43,098 nucleotides of DNA from a virus (taxonomy: Duplodnaviria > Heunggongvirae > Uroviricota > Caudoviricetes): the IMG/VR virus record IMGVR_UViG_2541047775_000007. The stretch is one strand, 5' to 3'. The notes below the pieces were generated by a model, which was not told the origin of the DNA, did not search any database, and worked only from the letters and a program-made list of their open reading frames with translations. Position numbers and translations under genes: made by a program. Every line of letters starts with the position of its first letter. Position 1 is the stretch's first letter. Shown here in pieces: positions 9,177 through 18,593 of this stretch.

Positions 9177-9833
9177 ATGAACGCTCAACTCATCCCCGTA
9201 TTCAACGGCACTATATCTAACGAAACAGCCCTACTTTGTAATGCCCGCGATCTGCACACTTTTTTAGGTGTTAAAAAGGTGTTTGCAGCATGGATTACAA
9301 ATCGCATATCAGAATACGAATTCATTGAAAATCAAGACTATATTTTGCTTTCCAATTTGGGAAAGCAAACATCTGGTAGAGGCGGCCACAACCGCAAAGA
9401 GTACCACCTCACCCTTGATACAGCCAAAGAGCTGGCGATGGTCGAGCGTAACGAAAAAGGTCGCCAGGTGCGACGCTACTTCATTGAATGCGAGAAACGT
9501 TTAAGACAACAAGAAACAAAAGTGGAGAAGGTCTTGTCAGGCTTCATGCCCGCCATTATGGAGGCGATCAAGCTGGAAGACAAAAAAGAATACAGCGCCC
9601 CACTGAAGCCCGGCTACCGCAGCCTGATTCATTCTCCGTCTGGTGTTCTCGGACTGACGGAGAACTCACTGCTGATGAATCTGCTGAACCAGTTACAGGA
9701 AGACGGGCACGACGTATCGGGCGCGGCGGCGGAGCTGACCACCATGTTCTGCTACATCGTCGGTGTGAGCAAATGCCTGCGTGATATCCAGACGCACGCG
9801 GAGTACATCAACGACAAGGCAGGGTTCTTCTGA
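9177..9833 (+). CDS. phage antirepressor, AntA/AntB-type N-terminal domain plus C-terminal domain shared with the 7769..8026 protein (218 aa)
   Basis: N-terminus MNAQLIPVFNG...KVFAAWITNRISEYEFIENQDYIL...RYFIECEKRL resembles AntA/AntB antirepressor family; intrinsic terminator at 9843-9865 follows. Confidence 0.7.
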   Translation: MNAQLIPVFNGTISNETALLCNARDLHTFLGVKKVFAAWITNRISEYEFIENQDYILLSNLGKQTSGRGGHNRKEYHLTLDTAKELAMVERNEKGRQVRRYFIECEKRLRQQETKVEKVLSGFMPAIMEAIKLEDKKEYSAPLKPGYRSLIHSPSGVLGLTENSLLMNLLNQLQEDGHDVSGAAAELTTMFCYIVGVSKCLRDIQTHAEYINDKAGFF

Positions 9834-9906
9834 CAGAACGGCGGCACAGGGATGTGCCTTTAAATAATTCTGTACAGATTGCAGACCGGGGGTGAATAGC
9901 GTACTA

Positions 9907-9921
9907 TTACCTTAAAGGTAA
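9907..9921. promoter_or_regulatory. operator-like palindrome TTACCTTAAAGGTAA (motif A)
   Basis: Identical to the 8798 site; 27 bp upstream of the start at 9948. Confidence 0.6.
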
Positions 9922-9947
9922 ACCATGTGTTTACATGAGGAGGAGAT

Positions 9948-10157
9948 ATGGGATTTTGGTTCGCTCGTACAAAAACGAGGGATAATGCACCCAGCCCTCA
10001 GGCAAAAAATGCAGAAGTTCCGGCGTCAGCGCAGGTTAACAAGCGTGGTGGTGTGTATATCTCATCACAGCAAATTTCTGAGCTTCCTGAGGTTAAGGAG
10101 ATGCGTCGTCTCGCTGCTGCAATCGTTAAACAGGATCTTGCCACTGTAAGGAAATAG
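9948..10157 (+). CDS. small hydrophilic protein (69 aa), first gene of a two-gene cassette
   Basis: Very strong RBS gaggaggagat before ATG; stop overlaps start of downstream gene. Confidence 0.6.
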   Translation: MGFWFARTKTRDNAPSPQAKNAEVPASAQVNKRGGVYISSQQISELPEVKEMRRLAAAIVKQDLATVRK

Positions 10158-11023
10158 TGTTGTTAGCTCTTCTAATTATCCCCATTCTGGTTAGTGGTTA
10201 TATTATGATAACCGCTAACCAGTATCATTATTTCCGTTTATACCGACATGAAGGCCAGCTTCTTTATATGAAAGTAGCTGCATTAGGTACATATTGCCTT
10301 GTTGCTTCGGTAATAATTGCCGCATTTATAAAATATAAATATCCTGATTTTCACCTAGTTCACGATATGGTGGAAACTTTTAATGTAACGTCAAAACCAG
10401 AAACAGATAGAATTTACATGTGGCTGCTTCTTCTCTCAGCCACATCCATTTGCTTCTCTTTGTGTTATGTGTCTGTTGTGTGGGTGAAAGATTTTCTTCT
10501 TGGTTGTTTTTATAAACGTGATATTTACGAGCAAAAAACAGAGGCAATGAAGGCCAGAGTACTGCGAAAAACTTACTCGCAAGGTTCTTTAGACTTACTA
10601 TTGCTTGATGCTATTGAATCGGATCCTAAACGACCAATGCTGATTACTTTATCATCAAACAAAGTGTATGTTGGAATAATAAATGGTTCTGGTGAACCAA
10701 CGGAAAATCAGGGTCCGCATCAGCACATATCTTTTGTTCCTTTAATGTCAGGATACAGGAACAAAGACAACTTATCTGTCACATTCACTAATGCTTATCC
10801 AGGAGAAATACAGGTCAAGCGGACTGCAGCAATAAGAGGAATTAGCAGAAAGAAAGTGCCAGGACTTGAGATCATGGTGTCTATTGACGAAATAAGTTAT
10901 ATATCATGGTTTGATTTTGAAGTATATAAAGCAACAAATAACAAAGTAGAATCCAGGGGGCACGTTATTCGTGTTACCAAAAATGGAAGAAATATATATC
11001 AAAGAAATAGCAAAAAAGAATAG
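10157..11023 (+). CDS. AT-rich membrane protein (288 aa; about 3 N-terminal TM helices plus about 170-aa C-terminal domain), candidate superinfection-exclusion/defence protein
   Basis: GTG start with RBS aaggaaa, overlapping upstream stop; markedly lower GC than flanking phage genes; strong terminator downstream. Confidence 0.6.
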   Translation: MLLALLIIPILVSGYIMITANQYHYFRLYRHEGQLLYMKVAALGTYCLVASVIIAAFIKYKYPDFHLVHDMVETFNVTSKPETDRIYMWLLLLSATSICFSLCYVSVVWVKDFLLGCFYKRDIYEQKTEAMKARVLRKTYSQGSLDLLLLDAIESDPKRPMLITLSSNKVYVGIINGSGEPTENQGPHQHISFVPLMSGYRNKDNLSVTFTNAYPGEIQVKRTAAIRGISRKKVPGLEIMVSIDEISYISWFDFEVYKATNNKVESRGHVIRVTKNGRNIYQRNSKKE

Positions 11024-11043
11024 CCCGCGCTGCGGGCTTTTTT
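11023..11043 (+). terminator. rho-independent terminator (gcccgc-gct-gcgggc plus T6)
   Basis: GC stem followed by TTTTTT immediately after the 10157..11023 stop. Confidence 0.7.
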
Positions 11044-11115
11044 GTGGACGAAACAAAAGCCAGTGCTACACTCATTGACGCCACATTGAGGTGGCTTATA
11101 GATGGAAATTTCACA

Positions 11116-11277
11116 ATGAAAAAAGCATTTGCTGCACTGTTCGTTTTGTTGTCTCTGGTAGCTTCAACTCAGGCCTTTGCCGGTCGTTGTCAGCACGACA
11201 GCGATACTGCCGCTGACGGCTCCCGCTGCGGTGGGCGTTCTGCGGATTCCCGCCCGGGTGGCGGTGGCATTCGTTAA
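11116..11277 (+). CDS. small secreted Gly/Cys-containing peptide (53 aa precursor, about 31 aa mature)
   Basis: MKKAFAALFVLLSLVASTQAFA signal peptide, then GRCQHDSDTAADGSRCGGRSADSRPGGGGIR; candidate promoter TTGACG-N17-ATAGAT upstream; weak RBS. Confidence 0.45.
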   Translation: MKKAFAALFVLLSLVASTQAFAGRCQHDSDTAADGSRCGGRSADSRPGGGGIR

Positions 11278-11299
11278 AAACAAGGCCGCGAAAGCGGCC
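11274..11299 (-). terminator. intrinsic terminator (aggccgc-gaaa-gcggcct) ending the minus-strand late operon
   Basis: 7-bp GC stem; T-run on the minus strand; separates convergent transcription units. Confidence 0.6.
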
Positions 11300-11300
11300 T

Positions 11301-11312
11301 GTGACATGTCAC
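11301..11312. other. perfect 12-bp palindrome GTGACATGTCAC (motif C copy 1)
   Basis: Overlaps the stop codon of 11309..11605 and abuts the terminator; same palindrome at 31123-31134 and near-identical at 28858-28869. Confidence 0.6.
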
Positions 11313-11605
11313 GTCCCTTTTCTGAATGATAGCCATTCGAAAAATGATGACATTCCACCGCAGACAATAGCAAAGATGATCCCACCAAAGAAGAGAAGGC
11401 CAGCCTGCCACCACTCCCACCGCCATACATCCACAGCGCCAACCATACCAACAATCGCTCCAACAAATGGAATATAGCTCACGATGAAAGCAATGGGGGC
11501 TGCAATTATCCAGTGCAATCCCCACCATGATTCAAGCCCAGCCATAATTGCTGCCAACTGAAAAAGACCAACGACGATATAAACAATGAATCCTATAGCT
11601 TGCAT
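11309..11605 (-). CDS. small integral membrane protein (98 aa, about 3 TM helices, Trp-rich)
   Basis: RBS aggtga before ATG; highly hydrophobic; last gene of the late operon. Confidence 0.6.
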   Translation of the reverse strand: MQAIGFIVYIVVGLFQLAAIMAGLESWWGLHWIIAAPIAFIVSYIPFVGAIVGMVGAVDVWRWEWWQAGLLFFGGIIFAIVCGGMSSFFEWLSFRKGT

Positions 11606-11617
11606 GTAGTCACCTAT

Positions 11618-11791
11618 TTACCCAGTAAAAATAAGAGGCCTCCCCTCAATAAGGCTTGCAACAAGAACTACTCCCTGCACAACAAAGATGAACCAGCAAA
11701 TAGCTTGAGTCTGAGGGTTAAGAAAATATTTGTAGCGGTCAATAAATAACAATACACCAGAAATTATCACACTCAAAATAATTAAAAACAC
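11618..11791 (-). CDS. candidate small membrane protein (about 57 aa), below the ORF-track size cut-off
   Basis: GTG start 4 nt after RBS aaggaag, directly after the stop of 11801..14275; two hydrophobic segments. Confidence 0.35.
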   Translation of the reverse strand: MFLIILSVIISGVLLFIDRYKYFLNPQTQAICWFIFVVQGVVLVASLIEGRPLIFTG

Positions 11792-11800
11792 AACACTTCC

Positions 11801-14275
11801 TTATTGCGGAGTGACATCCTGAGGTCGCCACCAGTATGTCTGGTTAAACTCTTTCTTCGAACGTTGCTCCATTTTACGCAAATAGCCTGGTGAAAAATAC
11901 TCCTGCATCTGGTTAAAGATCATGTGATCGAGAGCCGCCTTCAAGTACCAGAGATTCGCACCAGGCATCAAACCTTTCCCCAGCTTCACCAGATCACCAC
12001 CAGTCTGCTCACTCTTCCCTTCCACAGCATTTAACGGTATGCCCTGAGCAATCTTCACTACGTCATCAACTAGACCAGCTACCGGGCCAAGCATCGACGC
12101 CAGCGCGCCGCTTCCGTACCTAGTGTGATCTGACAATAAAAAGTCACCGTAAAGGCCAAGACCACCACCTTTCAGTAGAGCACCAAGCCAGAATTTTGCG
12201 GCATCTTCTCCTGTCATCTCTCGAGGATTACGACCAGACGCAAGGTCGTTAAGTTGTTGCGACAAAGCGCCAAGAATGGTCGTACTGGCAATAAACGTCG
12301 CAATATATGCCGCACGCCCACCAGCAGACGGCATACCCATAGCGCGTGACCAGTGACGCATAACAACCGAGATAGGGAACGATTTAAACAGGAAAACACT
12401 TCTCGTTAATTCACCTTTCCATGTTCCACGCTGAATACCAGAACCGGTTATCAGTTGCTCACGTGCTCCCGGTGTAATAACAGCCATATCAACTTCTTCA
12501 GTTACGGCACCGAGCAGTTTACGCATTGCCTCAAATTTCACGCGTTCAGGCTCACCAAGATGTTTAACTGCTGAATCAGGGATACGCATAATGCTTTCCG
12601 GTGTCAGCATCGTATTATTACCGTTCCCCCAGTCCTCCTGTTGCGCCAACTTCCATACGCTCCAGTCTGTGTCAGTAATCCCTTTGCTTTTCAGGATACG
12701 AAAATCAGAGTCATCGAGGCGACGAAGGTCTGGTGTCCGTGACACTACTTCTCCCAGGCTTCCCATCATGGTTACGCCATAGGCGCGCTTGTGCGCATCT
12801 GACCATGCTGTAAGCCCACTGGCACGCATTACCGCCGTTGCAGCCCAACGAGACACAGACGGCCCCATATTATCCATCGCCCAGCGGTTAACGCTGCCAA
12901 GTAGAGATTCCATCGCCAGACCAGCGCGGCGCGCCCGCGCAAGTTCTGTACGGTTCGTTGGGTCCATAGCTTCAAGCTGGTTGCGGAATAACTGGTTCAT
13001 TGGAAGGTTGGTAACCTTCGCAGACAGATACATGGTTCCAAGATCAGAGAACGATGACAGCAACGCGGATCCGAGTCTGCTGGCAACCAGCCAGTTGCGG
13101 ATATTGTCAGACCATCGCGCGATGTGCGGATTCGCTACAGGCTGTGTCTTTCCGGAAATAAAGTTGTACAGATTCTCTGTGTTGTTCGCCAGCCGCTCGA
13201 CTTTACCGGTTTTACTCGGGTTAGCTGTTGCCGTTTCTGCCTTCACCTGATCAAGAAGAGAGCGGAAAACATGATCGGGGTTTGGACCATATGTTTCCAC
13301 CAGTGCAATATCTTTACTGATACCTTCCAGGTGACCGACCATGATTTCCCATAGAGAGCGATCGCCATAAAGTTGCTGATATTGCAGATAGGAATCTGCA
13401 TCTTTGAAATGTATCTGTCGTGATGCATTACCACGGTTAGCACGTGCGCCGGAAATTCGCATTCCGGTATCAGTAAGCTTATTCAGCCCACCAGTAGCGA
13501 TCGTGTTATAAGCCTCTCCAAGAAATGCAGACAACTCGGCATCGTTCATCAGTTGTCCATCGGCTCGGGTATAATATTTGCGATCCAGCTTACCTATAAC
13601 ATCGCTAACCCATTTATCTTTTGATACCGCCCCAACCTTTTCCATAGAATGATGTTGAGGGATCCCCCAGTTTTCGAGATAGCCAATGTCCCCACCAGCA
13701 TCATTAAACCGGCGGCGCAGTAGCTCTGTCACTTCTCTCCACGCCTTAGCACCTTTTCTTGCTTTAGCATTGCCAGTATTTTGCCCCAGCATTTCATATA
13801 CCAGGTCACGTACGCCCGCTTCATCTTCAAACAGACCAAAAAAGCGAGGATCAACTGCTTCGAATGCCTCCTGCAATTGACTCAATGCATAATCACGGGT
13901 GGCTTTTGTTCTGGATTCAACAGAGAGGAAATTCGATTTACCGTCTGCATTAAAAGCAATAGTACGGTTAAGAGCGCCAAGTTTCCCATCAGCCCCTTGA
14001 TAGCTATTGATAAATTTATCCAATCTCTGACGTGCGGCTATAGTGAGGGCCACACGACGTTTCTTTAATGCCGCTTCTCGCTGTAATTCTTCAGATGCCA
14101 ATTGTGCTGCACGATACAGCCGCTCTGATTCGGAAAGTTGTCGCCACGACATCGGGTCATCACGAGCAATGGAGCGCATATTTCGATAAATGCGGTCTTC
14201 AATGTTCTGTATTTCTCGCGCCGTTAACGTGCGCTGCGCCGCCTGCTGGACCGCTTGTATACATTCCTGTCTCAT
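11801..14275 (-). CDS. large internal virion / ejection protein (824 aa)
   Basis: Position at the end of a T7-like structural gene order; size and composition fit internal core proteins. Confidence 0.55.
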   Translation of the reverse strand: MRQECIQAVQQAAQRTLTAREIQNIEDRIYRNMRSIARDDPMSWRQLSESERLYRAAQLASEELQREAALKKRRVALTIAARQRLDKFINSYQGADGKLGALNRTIAFNADGKSNFLSVESRTKATRDYALSQLQEAFEAVDPRFFGLFEDEAGVRDLVYEMLGQNTGNAKARKGAKAWREVTELLRRRFNDAGGDIGYLENWGIPQHHSMEKVGAVSKDKWVSDVIGKLDRKYYTRADGQLMNDAELSAFLGEAYNTIATGGLNKLTDTGMRISGARANRGNASRQIHFKDADSYLQYQQLYGDRSLWEIMVGHLEGISKDIALVETYGPNPDHVFRSLLDQVKAETATANPSKTGKVERLANNTENLYNFISGKTQPVANPHIARWSDNIRNWLVASRLGSALLSSFSDLGTMYLSAKVTNLPMNQLFRNQLEAMDPTNRTELARARRAGLAMESLLGSVNRWAMDNMGPSVSRWAATAVMRASGLTAWSDAHKRAYGVTMMGSLGEVVSRTPDLRRLDDSDFRILKSKGITDTDWSVWKLAQQEDWGNGNNTMLTPESIMRIPDSAVKHLGEPERVKFEAMRKLLGAVTEEVDMAVITPGAREQLITGSGIQRGTWKGELTRSVFLFKSFPISVVMRHWSRAMGMPSAGGRAAYIATFIASTTILGALSQQLNDLASGRNPREMTGEDAAKFWLGALLKGGGLGLYGDFLLSDHTRYGSGALASMLGPVAGLVDDVVKIAQGIPLNAVEGKSEQTGGDLVKLGKGLMPGANLWYLKAALDHMIFNQMQEYFSPGYLRKMEQRSKKEFNQTYWWRPQDVTPQ

Positions 14276-14280
14276 TTAAT

Positions 14281-16083
14281 TTAACCTCTCAAGAAACACG
14301 CCACAGCAACATCAAACAGGCTGGAATCCTGTATTGCCTGCTCACTTTCCCTGTTCGCTTCATCCAGTACTTCACGCGCACTGCGCGATTGTGGATTACC
14401 ATCATCATCCAGCACGGTGATTATCATGTCAGGTGATTCAAGCAGCGAGTCTTCAGCTATACGCAGATCAATATCTCCTGCCGGATCTGCCATCATTTTT
14501 TGTTCTGTCTGTTGCAATATCTTACCGGGCTCAAAAGGAGCTACTTCTTCTGGCGTCCTGACCTCTGCTGTTTTATAGAATGAAACAGCCTGAGCATTAA
14601 GTTCACTTTCTGCCTGCTGTCGTCGTGCCAGTTCTGCTCGAGCTTCAAAAAACTGACCTCCAGGCTCGTGCGGCGCCAACGCGTTACGAGAAAATTCCAG
14701 GCGTTCTTGTGCCTGCCGGATTCGTTGGTCAATATCGCGAAGTCTGGCCTGTTTATCTGATCGAGCACGAGATAAAGCCTTACCGCTACCGGTTGGCTCT
14801 TCTGCAAGAATTTGTGCGCGCTGTTCAGTGAGATTTTCAATAATTCGTTGGCTATTAGCGATTTCAGACTGGTAAACCTTTCTATCGCCACGCGACAAAA
14901 GCTGCGCGGCCTGTTCTTCAAGCAACCGATTTTCTATAGCGCGCGCCGTTACTCCATCATCTACAGATGACAGAGCCTCATTAACTGCCTGAGACAGCAG
15001 ACTCTTGCGACCAGGAATTTCACTGAAAGATGCAGACTCAACAATGCTGGCAACGTCTACAGGTCTCCCCTGGCTAACATCAGACATGGCTTTTCGCAGA
15101 GCCTGAATGTGCGAATTACGCGAAAGCACGTTGATCGGAACGCCGGGAGCAATATCAATTTCAGCATGATGAGCGGCATTCGCCGCCAGTGCAGCATCAA
15201 TATCAACTGGTGAAAAATTTGGTGCGCTTGTAGACTCGCCGCGAGAGTTAATAAATCTGCCGACACCACCAAACGCCACCCCAAGAACAGCATCAATAGC
15301 AATTGCCTGTCGATCCAACACATCATACTGGTTAGCCATTTCGCTATAGCCACCATCACGAAGCGTTTTTGCAGTAAGCCCACGCTGTGCCATACCGAAC
15401 GCAATATTTGTACCTGCGGCATAGGCAATATCTGGCGTTGCACGTACTGCTGTTGCTGCGGCGCGTCGCACTGAACTCTCACCCGTCCGCGCAAGCTGAG
15501 CCGCCACACCTTCCGCCAGCGCACCACCAGCACGTAACCCGAGGCTCATAGGGATCAGTGTTCCGGCACCAGCAGTAATACCCTGCACTAATCCCGCTTC
15601 CTGCGCCGTCCTGAAATCAACACCCTGTGCTGTCAGCCGTTCAAACTCAGAAAAACCCTGTAGCGAAGTTACCGCCGCAGCACCTCCGACCGGACCACCG
15701 AGCGTTGTACCGATAACAGCCTGCCCGCCCATATCGAACAACCCATAAAGAACCTGCCCGGCGGTTCCGGTTGTCGCGGCATCAGGCGTCAGCCGCTTAA
15801 CCTGCTGCTCTGCTAGTTTTCTCTGCTCGGCAATGTATGAAACTGAAGTGTCATTGAGCGAGGTGTTTTCGTTAACAAACTGAGCAATCGGGGATACGAT
15901 TTTATCCATCCCTGCCCAGAGCAACTGATCTGGCTTTGCCACCAGCCCGGAGTACAAACCAGACAATGCCGCTCCTACAGCATTGTCGAAAAAACCAACA
16001 TCGCTGTTAAAGCCAGCTGGATTTGATGCTGCTTCGTCAAGCTGCTGATTCTGGTTTACTGGATTAAGGCCAAAGTAACTCAT
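14281..16083 (-). CDS. internal virion / ejection protein (600 aa), Gly/Ala-rich
   Basis: Within the run of internal-core genes; start overlaps upstream stop. Confidence 0.5.
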   Translation of the reverse strand: MSYFGLNPVNQNQQLDEAASNPAGFNSDVGFFDNAVGAALSGLYSGLVAKPDQLLWAGMDKIVSPIAQFVNENTSLNDTSVSYIAEQRKLAEQQVKRLTPDAATTGTAGQVLYGLFDMGGQAVIGTTLGGPVGGAAAVTSLQGFSEFERLTAQGVDFRTAQEAGLVQGITAGAGTLIPMSLGLRAGGALAEGVAAQLARTGESSVRRAAATAVRATPDIAYAAGTNIAFGMAQRGLTAKTLRDGGYSEMANQYDVLDRQAIAIDAVLGVAFGGVGRFINSRGESTSAPNFSPVDIDAALAANAAHHAEIDIAPGVPINVLSRNSHIQALRKAMSDVSQGRPVDVASIVESASFSEIPGRKSLLSQAVNEALSSVDDGVTARAIENRLLEEQAAQLLSRGDRKVYQSEIANSQRIIENLTEQRAQILAEEPTGSGKALSRARSDKQARLRDIDQRIRQAQERLEFSRNALAPHEPGGQFFEARAELARRQQAESELNAQAVSFYKTAEVRTPEEVAPFEPGKILQQTEQKMMADPAGDIDLRIAEDSLLESPDMIITVLDDDGNPQSRSAREVLDEANRESEQAIQDSSLFDVAVACFLRG

Positions 16084-18593
16084 TGCGGAATATCTCCGGA
16101 GAATCTCTGACGCTTCTGTGTCAGATCAAGAACAACGGGAGAACCATCATCTTTTAGCAGATAACCAGTACCAAGTTTCACCAGGTACTGACTATCGCCG
16201 TAACTTTGCAAACCATACTGACCATGCGGTGTTTTTATCCCTGTGCCAACAACTTGTTCATTCCAAGCCTGATTAACCTGCTTATCGAATTGCTCTGCAG
16301 ACATTCCCCACGGCAAAAGAACATTCCCCATTCCGTTATAGTCATGCACGCCACCTGTAGCTACGTTAACAGCCTGTTTCCAGATATCATTGTCAATTTC
16401 GCCTGATACCACGCCTTTTTTCGCCATCACACCAGCGTAATAGTCCTTTGCGATCTCGTATGCCATTGATGCCCCCTGAGCATCACCAGCAAATGCATCC
16501 TTCACCATGTCAGAAAACTCAAGGCGGAGATCAGCATCTTTAGGCATCGGAATACCTTTCGCGTCATCAGTACCTTTACGAGCCGCCGCGCCAGCAAGAA
16601 TTGTCTGCGCAGCGGTTTCAGGAGACACGGAAACATCCGGATTAAACCAGTTTTTTTCTGCCAAAATACCACCTGGCTTATCCATCAGTATCCCGGCAAC
16701 GGCAGCAGATGGAGCGTTGGCACTGATCTGCTGTAGTGCTGACATATACACCTGCCCACCACCAGTGCTCTGCCTGATGGTATCGAGATATGCTGCCTGT
16801 TGGGAAACGGGCGCATCACGAAAGAAAACACCGATCTGATTGGCCTCGTCTTTGGAAAAGAACGTCAGTGGAGTGCCATATGACTTAGCAAGGTCACTGA
16901 CCTGAGCAGCACGCAAGGCAACGCTCTGTCCAAAGTTATCCTTATTGCTCATGTCGATAGGCTTTGCCTGTCCGGCGGCAAGAGAGAACTGTACAGGATC
17001 AGCCTGTCGCTGCTTTATCACCTGACTTGCAGCCGAAACAACGTTGTCATAAAGAGCGGCTCGTGCCGCATAACCCTCCCCTGTCTCACCAGTATCCGGG
17101 CGTAATTGCTCAACATATGCTGTAATGCTGCTTGTCGGCATGTTGCGGAAAGAGCCTATATACTGTCCGGCGATTTGCGTATTTCTGAACTCGGTATATC
17201 GCAGGTTTCCTTCTCTTACTCCATAAGCTGCAATAAAATCAGCCTCACCAGGTGGGTTAGGAAATTCAACGCCACGCATATACGCAGCTGTCGCATCGCG
17301 AACCTGGCTGTCAATCATCGTTTTATATTCAGCCTGCTGCTGCCGACGCAGTTGATCCGCCTGTCGCATAAAACTTGCCTGCGCCTCAGGAGATGCCGCA
17401 TCGAATGCTGCATTACCGGTATAGCGTTTGGTGTTGGTTGGAATTGTTGATAAACCAAGTGCTGCACTGACACCAGCAGTTAACTGCTGATCACTGTATG
17501 GCTGGCTACCGTTCTCATGATGGATAATGGCTGCACAAAGCGCCTTCAGGGTATCAGGATTAGATGCATCGAGAGGCTCATCAGCAGAAACGCCAAGTTG
17601 TTCGCACACTGCTTTGATATACGACATAGTGTCATTTTTATCAGTAGGCGGTGCCCAGCGATTAATTATCTCGCTGACGGTATCAATACCCTGCCTCTGA
17701 TACGACATCAGGTTCCGCCCTAATGCACGAATCCCGTGTTCAGGTGTTTCGAATTTAGCAAATCGACCATCATCACCGGTCTGGCCTACCCACGGATTAG
17801 TTTTGCTGTATTCGAGATTTCCTGGGTTATTGTTGCGTATGCCACGGGCACGCTCGGAAGAGTCACTATCTGCTACAGCACGGCGAGCTCCAGCAGCAGT
17901 ATCACTTAACTCGCCATTACTTTGGATGAATGCGGTCGCATTGTTTGCCGACCACTGGGACAATGCAGCATCAGCAACCTTCTCTTTAAACTCGATTTTC
18001 TTGGCCTGGATTTGCTCGTCACTCCAGCCATGTGCAATGCCGTAATCCTCAATTTGCTGGAAAGTTTGCTTATTAGCCAATACGTATGCGGCGTTGTCGC
18101 CATACAATGCTGCGGCATTTTTACCATTGTTCAGCAGCGTAGCCTGAAACTGGCCTTCTTCGTAGGCATTTATTTGCCCTATCTCGTGCCGCCCTGCCTG
18201 CGTAGTGAACTGAATGCGCTGCTGCTGCGCCTGCTGCATGAAAGCATTACGAGCCTGTTCATCCGGCAGCGACATAGCCAGTTGTTCGACCTGAGCATCA
18301 AACTGCTGCGTATACTCCTGACCTTTTCCAATAGCATTTTTCCCTTTCAGGTTAAGCAATCCTGTTTCAGGATTATTCAGCAGATCACTGCTTATCTGAC
18401 TGAGGTTAAGAGATGCCTCCTGAGCCAGAGCGATATTGGCACGCTGTTTTGCCTGACCAAAAACATCAATTGCCTCTGTCCCTGCCCGAACAAAAGCATC
18501 ACCAATACCTGGCTGAGAAAACGTCTGCAAGCCTGCTGACTGAACTCCACGGCTCTGAACCTGACGGCCGGATACTGTTGGTACGACTGGCAT
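16080..18593 (-). CDS. large internal virion protein (about 838 aa) with conserved RNNNPGN-containing central domain
   Basis: Preferred start ATG at 18593 (RBS ggagga, overlaps upstream stop); ORF-track extension to 18668 overlaps the preceding gene. Confidence 0.55.
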   Translation of the reverse strand: MPVVPTVSGRQVQSRGVQSAGLQTFSQPGIGDAFVRAGTEAIDVFGQAKQRANIALAQEASLNLSQISSDLLNNPETGLLNLKGKNAIGKGQEYTQQFDAQVEQLAMSLPDEQARNAFMQQAQQQRIQFTTQAGRHEIGQINAYEEGQFQATLLNNGKNAAALYGDNAAYVLANKQTFQQIEDYGIAHGWSDEQIQAKKIEFKEKVADAALSQWSANNATAFIQSNGELSDTAAGARRAVADSDSSERARGIRNNNPGNLEYSKTNPWVGQTGDDGRFAKFETPEHGIRALGRNLMSYQRQGIDTVSEIINRWAPPTDKNDTMSYIKAVCEQLGVSADEPLDASNPDTLKALCAAIIHHENGSQPYSDQQLTAGVSAALGLSTIPTNTKRYTGNAAFDAASPEAQASFMRQADQLRRQQQAEYKTMIDSQVRDATAAYMRGVEFPNPPGEADFIAAYGVREGNLRYTEFRNTQIAGQYIGSFRNMPTSSITAYVEQLRPDTGETGEGYAARAALYDNVVSAASQVIKQRQADPVQFSLAAGQAKPIDMSNKDNFGQSVALRAAQVSDLAKSYGTPLTFFSKDEANQIGVFFRDAPVSQQAAYLDTIRQSTGGGQVYMSALQQISANAPSAAVAGILMDKPGGILAEKNWFNPDVSVSPETAAQTILAGAAARKGTDDAKGIPMPKDADLRLEFSDMVKDAFAGDAQGASMAYEIAKDYYAGVMAKKGVVSGEIDNDIWKQAVNVATGGVHDYNGMGNVLLPWGMSAEQFDKQVNQAWNEQVVGTGIKTPHGQYGLQSYGDSQYLVKLGTGYLLKDDGSPVVLDLTQKRQRFSGDIPQ

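Noticed and set aside
9925-10149. 74-aa ORF overlapping the 9948..10157 ORF
   Set aside because: Alternative frame with Arg/Leu/Cys-rich composition; the 9948 ORF has a much stronger RBS and is coupled to the downstream gene.
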